From the NCBI GenBank assembly GCA_030390025.1, contig CM059430.1:76818001-76882000 (forward strand): 64,000 bases of DNA, given 5' to 3'. Origin of the DNA: Squalus acanthias. Lineage: Eukaryota. The translations under genes and the position numbers were made by a program. Shown here in pieces: positions 12,240 to 24,939 of this stretch (positions within the stretch are counted from its first letter, which is position 1; the number at the start of each line of letters is the position of its first letter). The notes under the pieces are model-generated. The model saw only the letters and a list, made by a program, of their open reading frames with translations, made no database searches and was not told the origin of the DNA.

Positions 12240-12420
12240 AGGCCATTATCTGGCCATTTATTTAATTATTGTTTGTGCTTCCTAGCTGTGCGTTTATTCA
12301 CCACCCTATTTCCTACATTGCAGCAGTGGCTGCCCATCAAGTGTACTTCATTCGCTGTAAAGTGATTTGGGATGTCCTGAGATCGTGAATGGAGGTATAA
12401 AAATATCAGTCTTTGTTTTC
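12240..12420 (+). mobile_element. SINE 3' tail (DeuSINE/L2-type)
   Basis: ...ctgtaaagtgatttgggatgtcctgagatcgtgaa... L2-like tail. Confidence 0.55.
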
Positions 12421-12479
12421 TTTCTCCGCTATAAACCAGCCACCTCAGACTCAGCTGGGGTCACATCCTCACATCCTGC

Positions 12480-13258
12480 ATTTTGGGAGGACAATAAGGC
12501 AAGGGAATACACAATGAATGGTAGGATTCTAGGAAGGACAGAGGATCAGAGGCAGGTGCGTGTACATAGATCCCTGAAGGCAGCAGGACGGGTAGATAAG
12601 GTGTTTAAAAAGGCATATTGGATACTTGCCTTCATTAGCGGAGGCATAGAATATAAGACCAGGGAGGTTATGATGGAGCTGTACAAAACGCTAGATAGGC
12701 CACAGCTGGAATACTGTGTGCAGTTCTGGTAGCCACATAGGAAGGATGTGATTGCATTGGAGAGGGTGCAGAGGAGATTCACCAGGATGTTACCTGGGCT
12801 GGAGCGCTTCAGCTATGAAGAGAGACTGGACAGGCTGGGGTTGTTTTCCTCAGAGCAGTGAAGGCTGAGGGGGGACCTGATTGAGGTGTACAAAATTATG
12901 AGGGGCATAGATAGGGTAGATAGAAAGGAACTTTTCCCCTTAGTAGAGGCGTCAATAACCAAGGGGCATAGTTTCAAGATAAGGGGCAGGAGGTTTAGAG
13001 GGGATTTGAGGAAAAAACTTTTTCACCCAGAGGGTGGTTGGAATCTGGAACTCACTGCCTGAAAGGGTGGTAGAGGCAGGAACCCTCACAACATTCAAGA
13101 AGCAGTTAGATGAGCACTTCAAACGTCATAGCATACAAGGCTATGGACCAAGTGCTGGAAAATGGGATTAGAATAGATAGGGCTTGATGGCCGGCGCGGA
13201 CACGATGGGCCGAAGGGCCTCTTTCTGTGCTGTATAAATCTCTGACTCTATGACTCTA
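12480..13258 (+). mobile_element. CR1 LINE 3' fragment
   Basis: RPQLEYCVQFW motif; (tgactcta)n tail. Confidence 0.9.
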
Positions 13259-13794
13259 CCATATCCCCCCTCGGTTGGTGGATTATATAAGAGTGCAGGT
13301 CTAGTAGTATAACTCCTGCTCCTTATCCTTATTCTATTACCCTATCATAACGAACAGATTCATACAGAATCTCATGGCAGTGATATACCTGACTGATGAT
13401 TAGAAGCTAAAGACAACACACTGAGTAGGACACCGCTCGAAACGTTTTGCAGTTTTGATTCTCCACTTGTTCTAAAACTCACTGATATTTATAGTTCTGA
13501 TGGACAGTTCTATGCAACATCAGGTAATTTGCTTCGCACCTGTTGGGGTAGATCTTGACTCTATGCGATCTGGAAATAAACTTCGGAAAGATGCAAAACG
13601 GGCTGCTGACTCGCTATCACCCGTTTCACACTGTTGCACAAAGTCAAGATCTACGCCATCAACTCCAAGACTACTGTCATGTGATCCTTGTGTGTCATAT
13701 GCTACGACACCAGTAGGTGGTAATGCTGCACCACATATATTTCATGTTCACTGGAATGTGAAAGTTATTTCGGCGGGAATGTGGATACCTTAAT

Positions 13795-14030
13795 AGAATC
13801 ACAGAAGTATAGAATGATACAGAACAGAACCGGGCCATTCGGCCCATCGTGCCTCTGCCGGTTCTTGAAAGGATTATATAATTAGTCCCACTCCCCGCTC
13901 TTTTACCACAGCCCTGCATTTTTTCCCTTCAAGTATTGATCCATTTCCCCTTTGAAAGTTACTATTGAATCTGCTTCCACCATCCCTTCATGCAGTGCAT
14001 TCCAGATCATAACTACTGTCTGCCTACATT
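13795..14030 (-). mobile_element. CR1 3' end fragment
   Basis: ggccattcggccc hairpin-like 3' UTR and tail. Confidence 0.7.
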
Positions 14031-14339
14031 TTATTTCCTTATCTCGTTATTTGCCTTAAATAGATAGATAAGATTCACAATTTTTCCAGAAAAATGCCAA
14101 CAGGCCAGGCATGTTGAGGGTAATTTTGACTTTGAACGATAGTGTAAAACGAAAAAAGTCGGCTCGGCTACCCGTTAATCATCTCTCCAGATTGTGTTCT
14201 CATTGAACTCAATGGGAGATGTGTTTAAAGGGTGTGCGATATCACACACTTAACACTATCTGTTCAAATTACCATTGATGTCTCCAAGTTGTTACACTAA
14301 CAACACATTCTCCTTAATAAGCTTTAGTCTGCCGAATCC

Positions 14340-15690
14340 TAACGAACAAGGCTGAAGCGTTTCCAACGATCTTCAGCCAGAATGCCGAGTGGATGATCCA
14401 TATTGGCCTCCTCCTGAGGTCCCCACCATCACAGAAGCCAGTCTTCAGCCGAATTCAATTCACTCCACTTGATATCAAGAAACAGCTGAGCACACAGGAT
14501 ACAGCCATGGCTATGGGCCCCGACAACATCCCAGCTGTCGTGCTGAAGACTTCTGCTCCAGAACTAGCCGAGCCTCTAGCCAAGCTGTTCCAGTACAACT
14601 GCAACACTGGCATCTACTGCCCAGGTATGTCCTGTCCACAAAAAGCATAACAAATCCAATTCGGCCAATTACCCCCCCATCAGTCTGCTCTCAATCATCA
14701 GCAAAGTGATGGAAGGCATCGTCAACAGTGCAATTAAGCAAAATTAATCACCAATAACCTATTTACCGATGCTCTGTTTGGGTTCCACTAGGAGCACTCG
14801 ATTGCAGACCTCATTACAGCCTTGATCCAAACATGGACAAAAGAGCTGAATTCCAGAGGTGAGGTGAGAGTGATATCAAGGCAGCATTTCACCGAATGTG
14901 TCATCAAGGCGCTGGAGTAAAATTGAAGGCAATGGGAATCGGGGGAAAAGTCTCCACTGGCAGGAGTCATACCTAACACAAATGAAGATAATTGTGGTTG
15001 TTGGAGGTCAATCATCTCAGCCCCAGGACATCGCTGCAGGAGTTCCTCAGGGCTGTGTCCTAGGCTCAACTTCCTTCAGCTGTTTCATCAATGACCATCC
15101 CTCCTTCATAAGGTCAGAAGTGGGGATGTTCACTGATGATTGCACAGTGTTCAGTTTCATTCAGAACTCCTCAGAAAATGAAGCAGTCCATGCCCGCATG
15201 CAGCAAGACCTGGACGACATTCAGGCTTGGGCTGATAAGTGGCGGGTAACATTTGCACCACACAAGTGCCAGGCAATGACTATCTCCAGCAAGTGAGAGT
15301 CTAACCACTTCCCCTTAACATTCAACGGCATTACCATCGCCGAATCCCCCATCATCAACATCCTGGGGGTCACCATTGACCAGAAACTTAACTGGACCAG
15401 CCAAATAAATACTGTGGCAACAAGAGCAGGTCAGATGCTGGGTATTCTGCGGCGAGTGTCTCGCCTCCTGCATCCCCAAAGCCTTTCCACCATCTACAAA
15501 TCACAAGTCAGGAGTGTGATGGAATACTCTTCAGTTGCCTGGTTGAGTGCAGCTCCAAAACACTCAAGAAGCTCGACACATTCTAGGAGAAAGCAGCCTG
15601 CTTGGATTGGCACCCCATCCAACACCTTAAACATTCACTACCTCCACCACCAGCTTACCGTGGCTGCACTGTGTACCATCTACAAGATGC
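14340..15690 (+). mobile_element. LINE RT fragment of the second CR1-like family
   Basis: MGPDNIPAVVLK, GVPQGCVLG, FTDDCT, IYKSQVRSVMEYS; disrupted frames. Confidence 0.9.
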
Positions 15691-16819
15691 ACACAGAGGA
15701 TATTCTCATAATACACAGACATTAAAACTGACTTTTGTTTTGTTAATGTTTTACACATTATTTTTCACCAGATGTTCTGCTGGATCACACCCAATGCGAT
15801 TTCTACCCGCTCTCCTTTACTGTAGCCCTCTATGCTAACTGTAGAATATAATAGCGATATGGTCATAGTGGGCGAAGACGCAAGGGAAGAACATATACTT
15901 CACTTGCAATAGATACAGGATGAAAAGTGGGCAATAAGTCTGTAGCTGTAGGTTGCAGCAGAAACAATTAATAAGTACGTATTACAAGGTGGATGAGCAA
16001 AGATTAGTGAAATTTAGAGGGGTGGAGAATAGGTGGCGTTATAGGAAGGGGGATGGACAGAATATACGTGCTTACCCAGCGCAAGAAGGTAGAACTCTGA
16101 GTCTAGAGCGCTCTAAGACCTGGAAAATTCTGGTCTAGACATAGAAAGAGATCTAACAGTTAATGTGAGGTAATGAATAATAATGAATGCATTTCTATAC
16201 TAACTATAAATATGGGAGGCACCTAAGGGGCTGAAACGCCTATTCCAAGGAGCCTTGAAGCAACATGCGTACAGGTTCGTAGCAGAGTGGCTTTTCCACG
16301 TGCACAGTTATGAATGTCTCTGAGAGCCCTGATGGGATTCCCTTTTTTGTGCAGAGTTTCGAGACATGCAGATATATGTTACTGAACTACTAATAATGTA
16401 CTAACTGCTAATTAGTCCACTCTCCGTATATGAATCTTGTTCGGATTTACACATTCCAACACTAATTAGACCATGATATCCTTTATCCATACCAACCTCT
16501 TACATTATACACTATTCTACATTCCCCTCCTTGGTACACAGGAACACACCTTCCCTATGATTCCACACTCAACTATATCTTTCACTGTTTCCTTCAAATT
16601 CTTCATTTATTTCACTTGCTTCCGGATCCATCTTACCACTCATATCATTGTAATTAATAATACACACATTAATGACTTAGACTACCACGAGCATCCTACT
16701 GCACCATCCTATTGCAGCACCGTGTCTGGGTTTGTGTCTTCTCTACCAGAAATCTCCTGCCGTAGCAGGGAGATTCTAGAATTTCAATCGGCTCCTTAAC
16801 AATTCCACACATCAAAACA

Positions 16820-17720
16820 TATAACTTGTCTGACATACAGTTCTGGATGACCAAAGATTTTCTCCAATTAAGTAATGGGAAGACCGAAGCCATTGTTTTC
16901 GGTTTCCGCCACAAACTCCGTTCCCTAGCCACTGACTCCAGCCCTCTTTCTAACATCTGTCTGAGGCTGATCCACACTGTTCACAAACTTGGTGTCATAT
17001 TTGACCCTGAAATGAGCTTTCAATCACATATCCGCAACATAACAAAGACCACCTACTTCCACCTCTGCAACATCACCCTTCTCTGCCCTTGCCTCAGCTC
17101 ATCTGCTGCTGAAACCCTTATTCATGCCATTATTACCTCTAGACTTGGCTATTCCAATGCACTCCTGGCCGGCCTCCCACATTCCACCCTACATAAACTT
17201 GGGGTCATCCAAAACTCGGCTGCCCATGTCCTAACTCGCACCAAGTCCTGTTCGCCCATCGCGCCTGTGCTCACTGACCTACATTGGCTCCCAGTTAAGC
17301 AGCGCCTCGATTTCAAAATTCTCATCCTTGTTTTCAATCCCTCCATGGCCTCGCCCCTCCCTATCTCTGTAATCTCCTCCAACTCCACAACCCCCCGAGA
17401 TATCTGTGCTCCTCTAATTCTGCCCTCTTGAGCATCCCTGATTATAATTGCTCAACCTTTGGTGTCCTTGCCTTCTGTTGCCTAGGCCCTAAGCTCTGGA
17501 ATTCCCTCCCTAAACCTCTTCACCTCACTACTTCTCTTTCCTCCTTTAAGACGCTCCTTAAAACCTACCTCTTTTACCAAGCTTCTGGACACCTGCGCTA
17601 ATTTATCCTTATGTGGATCGGTGTCTAATTTTTTGTCTTAAAATACTCCTGTGCAGCGCCTTGGGACATTTTACTATGTTAAAGGCGCTATATAAATACA
17701 AGATGCTGTTGTTGTTGTTT
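16820..17720 (+). mobile_element. L2-clade LINE 3' fragment
   Basis: WMTKDFLQLSNGKTEAIVFG, LGVIFD, LHWLPVKQRLDFKIL; tail ggcgctatataaatac...(tgt)n. Confidence 0.9.
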
Positions 17721-17944
17721 AATCAAAGTTACAGGAATGTTTGAAAATAACAGTTCCTGGGTCCTAACGCACGATGATGTCCATTACTCCTTGCTTCTCT
17801 TCATTGATTAATCATTCTTACTTAATTCAAAGAATTTCAACTGACCACATTCCTTTACGCTTATTAATTCAACTTGAATAATTAGTAAGTGAACAATTTG
17901 CAAGTAGAGTTGAAGATTTGATCTTGAATTCTTAATGACTGTGA

Positions 17945-18425
17945 AACATAGAAACATAGAAAAATAGAAGATAGGAGCAGGAGTAGGCCATTCGGCCCCT
18001 CGAGCCTGCTCCGCCATTCGATGAGACCATGGCTGATCATCCAAATTCAGTACCCTGTACCTGCCTTCTCCCCATATCCCTTGATACCTTTAGCTTTAAG
18101 AAATATATCTAACTCATTCTTGAATATATTTAATGACTTGGCCTCAACTACCTTCTGTGGTAGAGAATTCCACAGGTTCACCACTCTCTGGGTGAAGAAA
18201 TTCTTCCTCATTTCTGTCCTAAATGGCTTACCCCTTATCCTTAGATTATGACCCCTGGTTCTGGACTCTCCGACCATCGGGAACATTCTTCCTGCATCTA
18301 GTTTGTCCAGACCTGTCAGAATTTTATATGTTTCGATGAGATCCCCTCTCATTCTTCTATACTCCAGCAAGTATAAGCCCAACCGACCCAATCTCTCCTC
18401 ATATGTCATTCCTGCCATCCCAGGT
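17945..18425 (-). mobile_element. Young CR1 3' fragment (left arm of inverted pair)
   Basis: IPGMAGMTYEERL...GYGEKAGTGY* with tail. Confidence 0.92.
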
Positions 18426-19409
18426 ATCGAAGTAAGGAGTGACTCGCCTCTCGTGACCATAAAACGGTCTGTAAGAAGGAGGGCGGAAGCAAATGCAGCT
18501 GCAGGAAAGGCACAAGCGTACTCCCAATTTTAAACATTGTTACATTTAACGACAGCACCTCAGGCACAATGCATAACAAGATAAGCAGAGGGTGTCCAAA
18601 ATCGAAACATTTCTATCCTTAGGAAATGCAAATCTATTGAAACAAACATAAATCATTAATTGATTGATTACAATTATCACCACCCTTCATATTTCTGTAA
18701 AATTGTGCAGCTTATTCCTATAGCGGAAGACTGAACTTAATTTGTTGAACTCAGTTAAAATGAAACTTAATGTTGCCTAGCCCTGTTTCATGCACACAAA
18801 ATAGAGGAGGCAAAGCAGGACCACCTTAGGCCTCTCTAGATTTTGGGGTCCAATATTAAATTAAAATGACTTCTCCAAAGGCATCATTACGTTAATTCCT
18901 TCTATTTTAACGAGGTTTTCATAACTATCAAATATATTTATGTTCTCAGTAGTTAACATAACAAATCCGGTTACCGTTATTACAAGTAACACTTAACGGG
19001 CTCTCCTTATTAACTCAGATACCGCTCAAATTATCATTCTCTGTGATGGGCGAGGAACTCAAAATATCCATTGTTACATGAGAATCTCATGTCGGGCGTT
19101 CCGGGAGTCTTGAAGTCATTTCATTTACTAACTGTCTGTGGTGGCCAACCCCAGAAATCCAGTATTGCTAATTTAATAATTTTATCAGACAATCAGTCTG
19201 TAAATTCAGGTTAAATAACATCAATTATTCAATAGAGACCCAATAACGCATGGAGTGCATATCGCAAAAAATAACACATATTGGATTTTAAAATAAATAT
19301 AAATGTACGTCAGCAAATCGTTCCAAATACCCACTAGGTAACAAATCATCTCGCTGTCATTACTTGTGACTTTATCGTGTGTATTCCTTTGTGGTCCTAT
19401 CCCAATCCT

Positions 19410-19947
19410 TGTCTGAGGAAGGATGTTCTTGCCATGGAAGGAGTTCAGCGAAGATTCACAAGGCTGATACCTGGGATGGCAGGAATGACATATGAGGAGA
19501 GATTGGGTCGATTGGGCTTATACTCGCTGGAGTATAGAAGAATGAGAGCGGATCTCATCGAAACATATAAAATTCTGACAGGTCTGGACAAACTAGATGC
19601 AGGAAGAATGTTCCCGATGGTCGGAGAGTCCAGAACCAGGGGTCATAATCTAAGGATAAGGGGTAAGCCATTTAGGACAGAAATGAGGAAGAATTTTTTC
19701 ACCTAGAGAGTGGTGAACCTGTGGAATTCTTTACCACAGAAGGTAGTTGAGGCCAAGTCATTAAATATATTCAAGAATGAGTTAGATATATTTCTTAAAG
19801 CTAAAGGTATCAAGGGATATGGGGAGAAGGCAGGTACAGGGTACTGAGTTTAGATGATCAGCCATGGTCTCATCGAATGGCGGAGCAGGCTCGAGGGGCC
19901 GAATGGCCTACTCCTGCCCCTATCTTCTATGTTTCTATGTTTCTATG
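19410..19947 (+). mobile_element. Young CR1 3' fragment (right arm of inverted pair)
   Basis: Near-identical reverse complement of 17945-18425; (ttctatgt)n tail. Confidence 0.92.
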
Positions 19948-20420
19948 TAATCCTGGTTTTTCTTTTGTTATTTATGTGTCTGTAGAATACTTTACTATTT
20001 TTATATTCCTTGATAATTTAATTTCGTAGTTTCTCTTTGCCTTCCTAATTGTTTTTTTGACTGCTTTCTAAACTTCTCGTATTCCCTGTTGTCATCTTTC
20101 TCCTTTGTTTTCTCTGTAATTAGTGTTTGCCTTTTTCTTCAGTTTCACTTTGCTCTTATTTCTTTATTCATCCATGGTGTGTCATTACTGGTTAGTTTGT
20201 TCTCACTTTTTATTTGGATATATTTCCCCTGGACTCTATTGATCTCTGTTTTAACTATTTCCTACTGCTGTTCTGACTCTTTGATTGTCAGTCACTTTTT
20301 CCAGTTATTTTCCCTAGTTCCATCCTCATCCTCTTAAAATCAGTTTGTTTTCGATTTATCACTTTGAGCTTTGTTTTACTTATGTCCTCCTCAAGTATAT
20401 ATTTCCTGGTTGAGAATCTG

Positions 20421-23400
20421 TGGCCGGAATTTTCTGGCATCCATGTGGGTGGGATGGAGGCTGGTCGGAAGTGAAAGTTAAAATAATTTGGAGCGGATCG
20501 GGAACCTGCCAACATTCCGCCCCCACGCGCCTTTCACTCGAATGCGTTTGCCAGCGCAGCCATTTCTGCCACCTCCAGCGTGATCCGACCACCAAACACA
20601 TCTTCCCCTCAGCTCCGCTTTCAGCATTCTGAAGGGACTGCTCCCTCCGCGATACCCTGGTGCACTACTGTATCAACCCCAACACCCCTTCCCATTTGCC
20701 TGGCATCTTCCCATGCAAGTGCAGGAGATGCAACACATGCCCTTTTACCTCCACACTTCCCACTATCCAGGGCCCCAAACACTCCTTCCAGGTAAAACAG
20801 CGATTTACCTGTACTTCTTCCAATTTAGTATACTGTATTCGCTGCTCCCAATGCGGTCTCCTCCACACTGGGGAGACCAAATGCAGATTGGGTGATCGCT
20901 TTGCAGAACACCTCCATTTAGTCTGTAAGGGTGACCCTGAGCTTCCGGTTGCCTGTCACTTTAATTTTCCGCTCCACTCCCACTCAGACCTCACCGTCCT
21001 CGGTGTCTTACACTGTTCCAATGAAGCTCAAGGTAAGCTCAAGGAACAGCACCTCATCTTTCGATTAGGCACTTTACAGCCTTCTAGACTCAACATAGAG
21101 TTCAACAATTTCAGACCATAACCTCTGCCCCTATCCTTTTTTCCCCATTTTTTTTCTCTCCCACATGGCAGCTGTCTTTCATTCTGCCAATGCCATTTAC
21201 ACTTCATCTAGAGCCATCTTTTGTTTCTTAACTTGTCCCCTTACCATCTCCTTTTGCCTTGCATCATCTCTTAAACTCTCTCAATGTCTCCTAATCTCTC
21301 CTGCCTTCCATCCTATCACAGACCTTCCCTTTTGTTCTTTCCTACGCTCCCCACTTTGCTTGACCCTGCACTTGCTTAAAAACCTGTTCCATCTGCAGCT
21401 TTTTCCAGTTCTGACAAAGGGTCATCGACCTGAAATGCTAACCATGTTTCTCTCTCCACAGATGCTGTCTGACCTGCTGAGTATTTCCAGCATTTCCTGT
21501 TTTTATTTCAGATTTCCAGCATCTGCAGTATTTGCTTTTGTACCTGAACAGCAGAGGTGGCCGAGCTAATTTACATAATTATTAGGCACATGTCAGACGT
21601 CTTTTTAACCCTAACTTTCCAATTTCACTGGATGACCAGAGGAATCACGAAGCTCGGGGACCAGGTCTGTGAACCTAAGGCTGAAGTTCATTGGCCATTG
21701 AAGGAACTCTTTAGTGCAAATCATGGAAAGCACAATAAATACTCCCACCTGACACCAGGTTACTTTCGTAAGGCAGGTACTGTTGCTAAGTGCATTGTCA
21801 TCACAGATTTAGCAAGTATTTTCAGCAAAGTCGAGATCTACTGTCTCCTCATTGGCAGAACCTATCACACCATTGGCAGATTGCTTCTTTCATCTCTACT
21901 TGACCTGCCATCTATTACATCAGCATAGTGCCATTCATAGTGTCTCACCTTGGTCTCAGAATCGGACCACAATGAATCCCAACACCAGCAGTACAAGACA
22001 CACCAGCAGTACTGACAACAACACCACCAACCTTCTCCTCAACCACCTGATGCTCCACAGGACAGAGGGCATCAGCGCAGGGCTGCACCGCGCTGGAGGC
22101 GATACCCCCAACACAGGGTATACAGGCAGAGGATGAGCTTCCTCAACATGACTGAACAGCAGTGCCAAAGGAGGCTTAGGCTATCACGCCATGTCGTCTC
22201 AGACATTTGCAGAGTGCTGGAGCAAGACATGCAGCCCAGAGGAGCAGCGCAGACATGCCTTACCAGTGGCTGTCAAAGTTACCAGCACTCTCAAATTCTT
22301 CACTTCAGGCTCCTTCCAGGGAACTGCAGCAGACATTTGTGGCATCTTGCAGTCGGCCGCACACAGATGCATCACAACAGGTCACCGATGCCCTGTTTGA
22401 CAAGTCTGCCAATTATATCAACTTTGCCACTGATGAAGCCAGTGTTACTGGAGCAGGCGATCGCCTTTGTTGCTCTGGCTGGCTTCCCACGGTTGCAGGG
22501 CGTTATCGACTGCACACATGTGGCCATCAGGAGACCCCATCATCACCCAGGAATCTTTATCAACCACAAGGGCATCCACTCCCTCAATGTGCAGCTGGTC
22601 TGCAACCAAACGAAGATCATCATGCATGTGTGCGCCAAATTCCCTGGCAGCTGCCATGATTCATTCGTCCTGCACCAGTCCACCCTCCCTCAGCTCTTCG
22701 CACCTCCAAACATATTTTCCGGCTGGCTGCTTGGAGACAAGGGCTATCTACTGAAGACGTAGCTCATGACACCTTCAGGAGGCCAAGTACTGAGGCTGAG
22801 GAGAGATATAATGAAAGCCACATTTCCACAAGGTTTGTCAAAAAACACCCAAATGCTGACCCTTGTGCATCTACTTGTGTTTTACCTTTCTCTTATGCTT
22901 GCTTCCACGAGGTGCTAACCTTCTGGCTTCAGCAGAGGTAGATGCAGCATTCTCACTGCATAGACACTTTCGGCAGACGTCCTCTGGGTCTTGGAGCCTG
23001 TGATGGCCCTGCCAATGTCTGCACCTCCTGCGACTGTGCAGGGGCAGATTCGGCCATCGTGATTCCAGGAGACATGTGGGGCTCTGACTGAGGGAAGGCA
23101 AACGGGGAAAAGTGTGAGCGCTTTGAGAGGAGCCCCCACTTCCATGTCCCCTCTCACCGTCATCCCTCTCATGGGCCTCCAGCACGTCCCTGCCAGCAAG
23201 GAAGTAGAGAGCACCTTGCTGCACATAAATGGGTCCACGAGGACCCATGCCAACATTTACAACCCTCCTAGAGAGGAGGTCTATGAGCGTCTGCCATCTA
23301 TTCTCCATAGATAGCCATCTATTCTCCATAGATCCTATGTACTCATCTGAGTGACACATTAGCTGCTCCCTGCAGGTGACCATCTTTTCCATCGAAGAGC

Positions 23401-23824
23401 ATACAGTCACCATCGCCTGTGACACAGTGGTGATCATGTTAGAGATGGACTCCTCCATTCTCTGCATATTTGCAGATATCGCGGTCGCAAAACCTGTCAA
23501 AGCCTCCTGCACTTCTTGCTGCACCTCCAGGATCGCCCTCTTTCTGGATGGCCCCCGAGGCTCAGCGTCTGCATGCAGCTGAGCAGAGCTGAGAGCGTCC
23601 TGCACCCACCGGCGAGGAGTCTTCAATCTGATTGGTTGAAGAGACGCACTGTTAATTGTCCTGTTCACACATGCGACAGATCCCCTGTAGAGGGTGCGGC
23701 GCTGAAAATGATCTCCAGCAACCATAAATTGCCGATCAAAAGCCCACGAAACATCTGTGCGCAACTGTAACGGTAATGAATGGTGAGCGCTGTTCTGTCA
23801 CCGCTGACCGCAAACTTCAGGCCA
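20421..23824. mobile_element. Degenerate Harbinger transposon: transposase (+, ~21930-22840) and convergent second ORF (-, 22871-~23700)
   Basis: [43 protein letters not shown] (HARBI1-type DDE); frameshifts. Second ORF resembles the 46130-46980 ORF. Ends tggccggaatttt / aaacttcaggcca are approximate. Confidence 0.85.
20560..21545 (+). mobile_element. Penelope-like retroelement 3' fragment (GIY-YIG endonuclease) nested in the Harbinger end
   Basis: CNTC...FTCTSSNLVYCIRCSQCGLLHTGETK...RFAEH...VACHFN...GTLQPSRLN; characteristic tail. Confidence 0.9.
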
Positions 23825-24607
23825 TTACTGAATTGGTAAACTCGATGAAAAGGCGCAAGGATGATCGGTATAGGATATGCCAATTTCATACTTGTGCCTG
23901 GTGATTTAGTGAGGCATATTTTGGGATAACATAGAGGGGGTTTGACTCCCCCATCGCTATCTGCCCCACTAAGGCATGAATCTAACATGGGTAGCATAAA
24001 TAGACAAATTATTTTCATTACCCAGCACTTTTGTGCTTAACTTGAAAAACAAAAGCTTTATTTTGGGAGCGCTAAATATATTAAAGAATTAATTCATGAC
24101 AGACTAAATTAAATATTACTAACAATGAATAAGACACCAACTTTGACATTGAGAGGAGATCGCTAAAATAATTCGGTACCGTTTGCTATGATTACATTTT
24201 ACATTTTAATAGTTGTCTCCCTGGACAGGGAGTCATGAAAACACATCATAATGTTGATGTAAACACTGGAAACATTACAATTAAGGAGAATTAAACAGCA
24301 TAAAGATCAGCATCTGAAAGAGGAAGCTCGGATGGAACGCCTCATCGGAGCAGTGATGTCAGATCGTATTGTGGTTTTCTACTATTTTCTGTTTTAATTT
24401 AAGTTTAACAAAACTATCGGGTTGGTGTGTATTTTTCACATATTTAACAATAATAGATAAGGCCAGCACGGTCCAGTGAAATGTTACATCCGCCAGTGGC
24501 ATCATTTCGCTCTTCTGTTAGATGAGCAAAGATTCTTTCCTTATTGTTTCGCCTGTTCCTCTGCTTACACTTTTCGTTCTCTTTAGGTTTCCGTCTTTGA
24601 TTACAAC

Positions 24608-24652
24608 TTATGCCATCTGCAGCAGTCTATTTTCTACCGTCCCTTCCGTGGT
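24608..24652 (-). CDS. Candidate terminal cytoplasmic exon of gene B (TTEGTVENRLLQMA*)
   Basis: Acceptor cgattttacag; phase 0 matches the upstream 30059 donor; unique sequence. No transcript support. Confidence 0.3.
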   Translation of the reverse strand, partial: TTEGTVENRLLQMA

Positions 24653-24939
24653 CTGTAAAATCGAAGCGATTTCCCGTTAGCTCATGACCTTAATTAGTCA
24701 GCAGAGTGCTGGATGAAACAGAGTGCGATCGGCTGTAGCTAAATTGAAGATTCACGAATATGTCAGTTGAATAATGAATATATCACTATCAGTGTATCAT
24801 TATTGAAATTGCACAATTTTTCTGCTTGTACAGACGCGTAAAAAAAAAACCATTACAATCCTTCGAATTCAACTAATTCCTAGAAACTGAAAAGCAGTAT
24901 GAATCTCCTCTACACTCAGTGAGCAACTGCATTGTGCAT

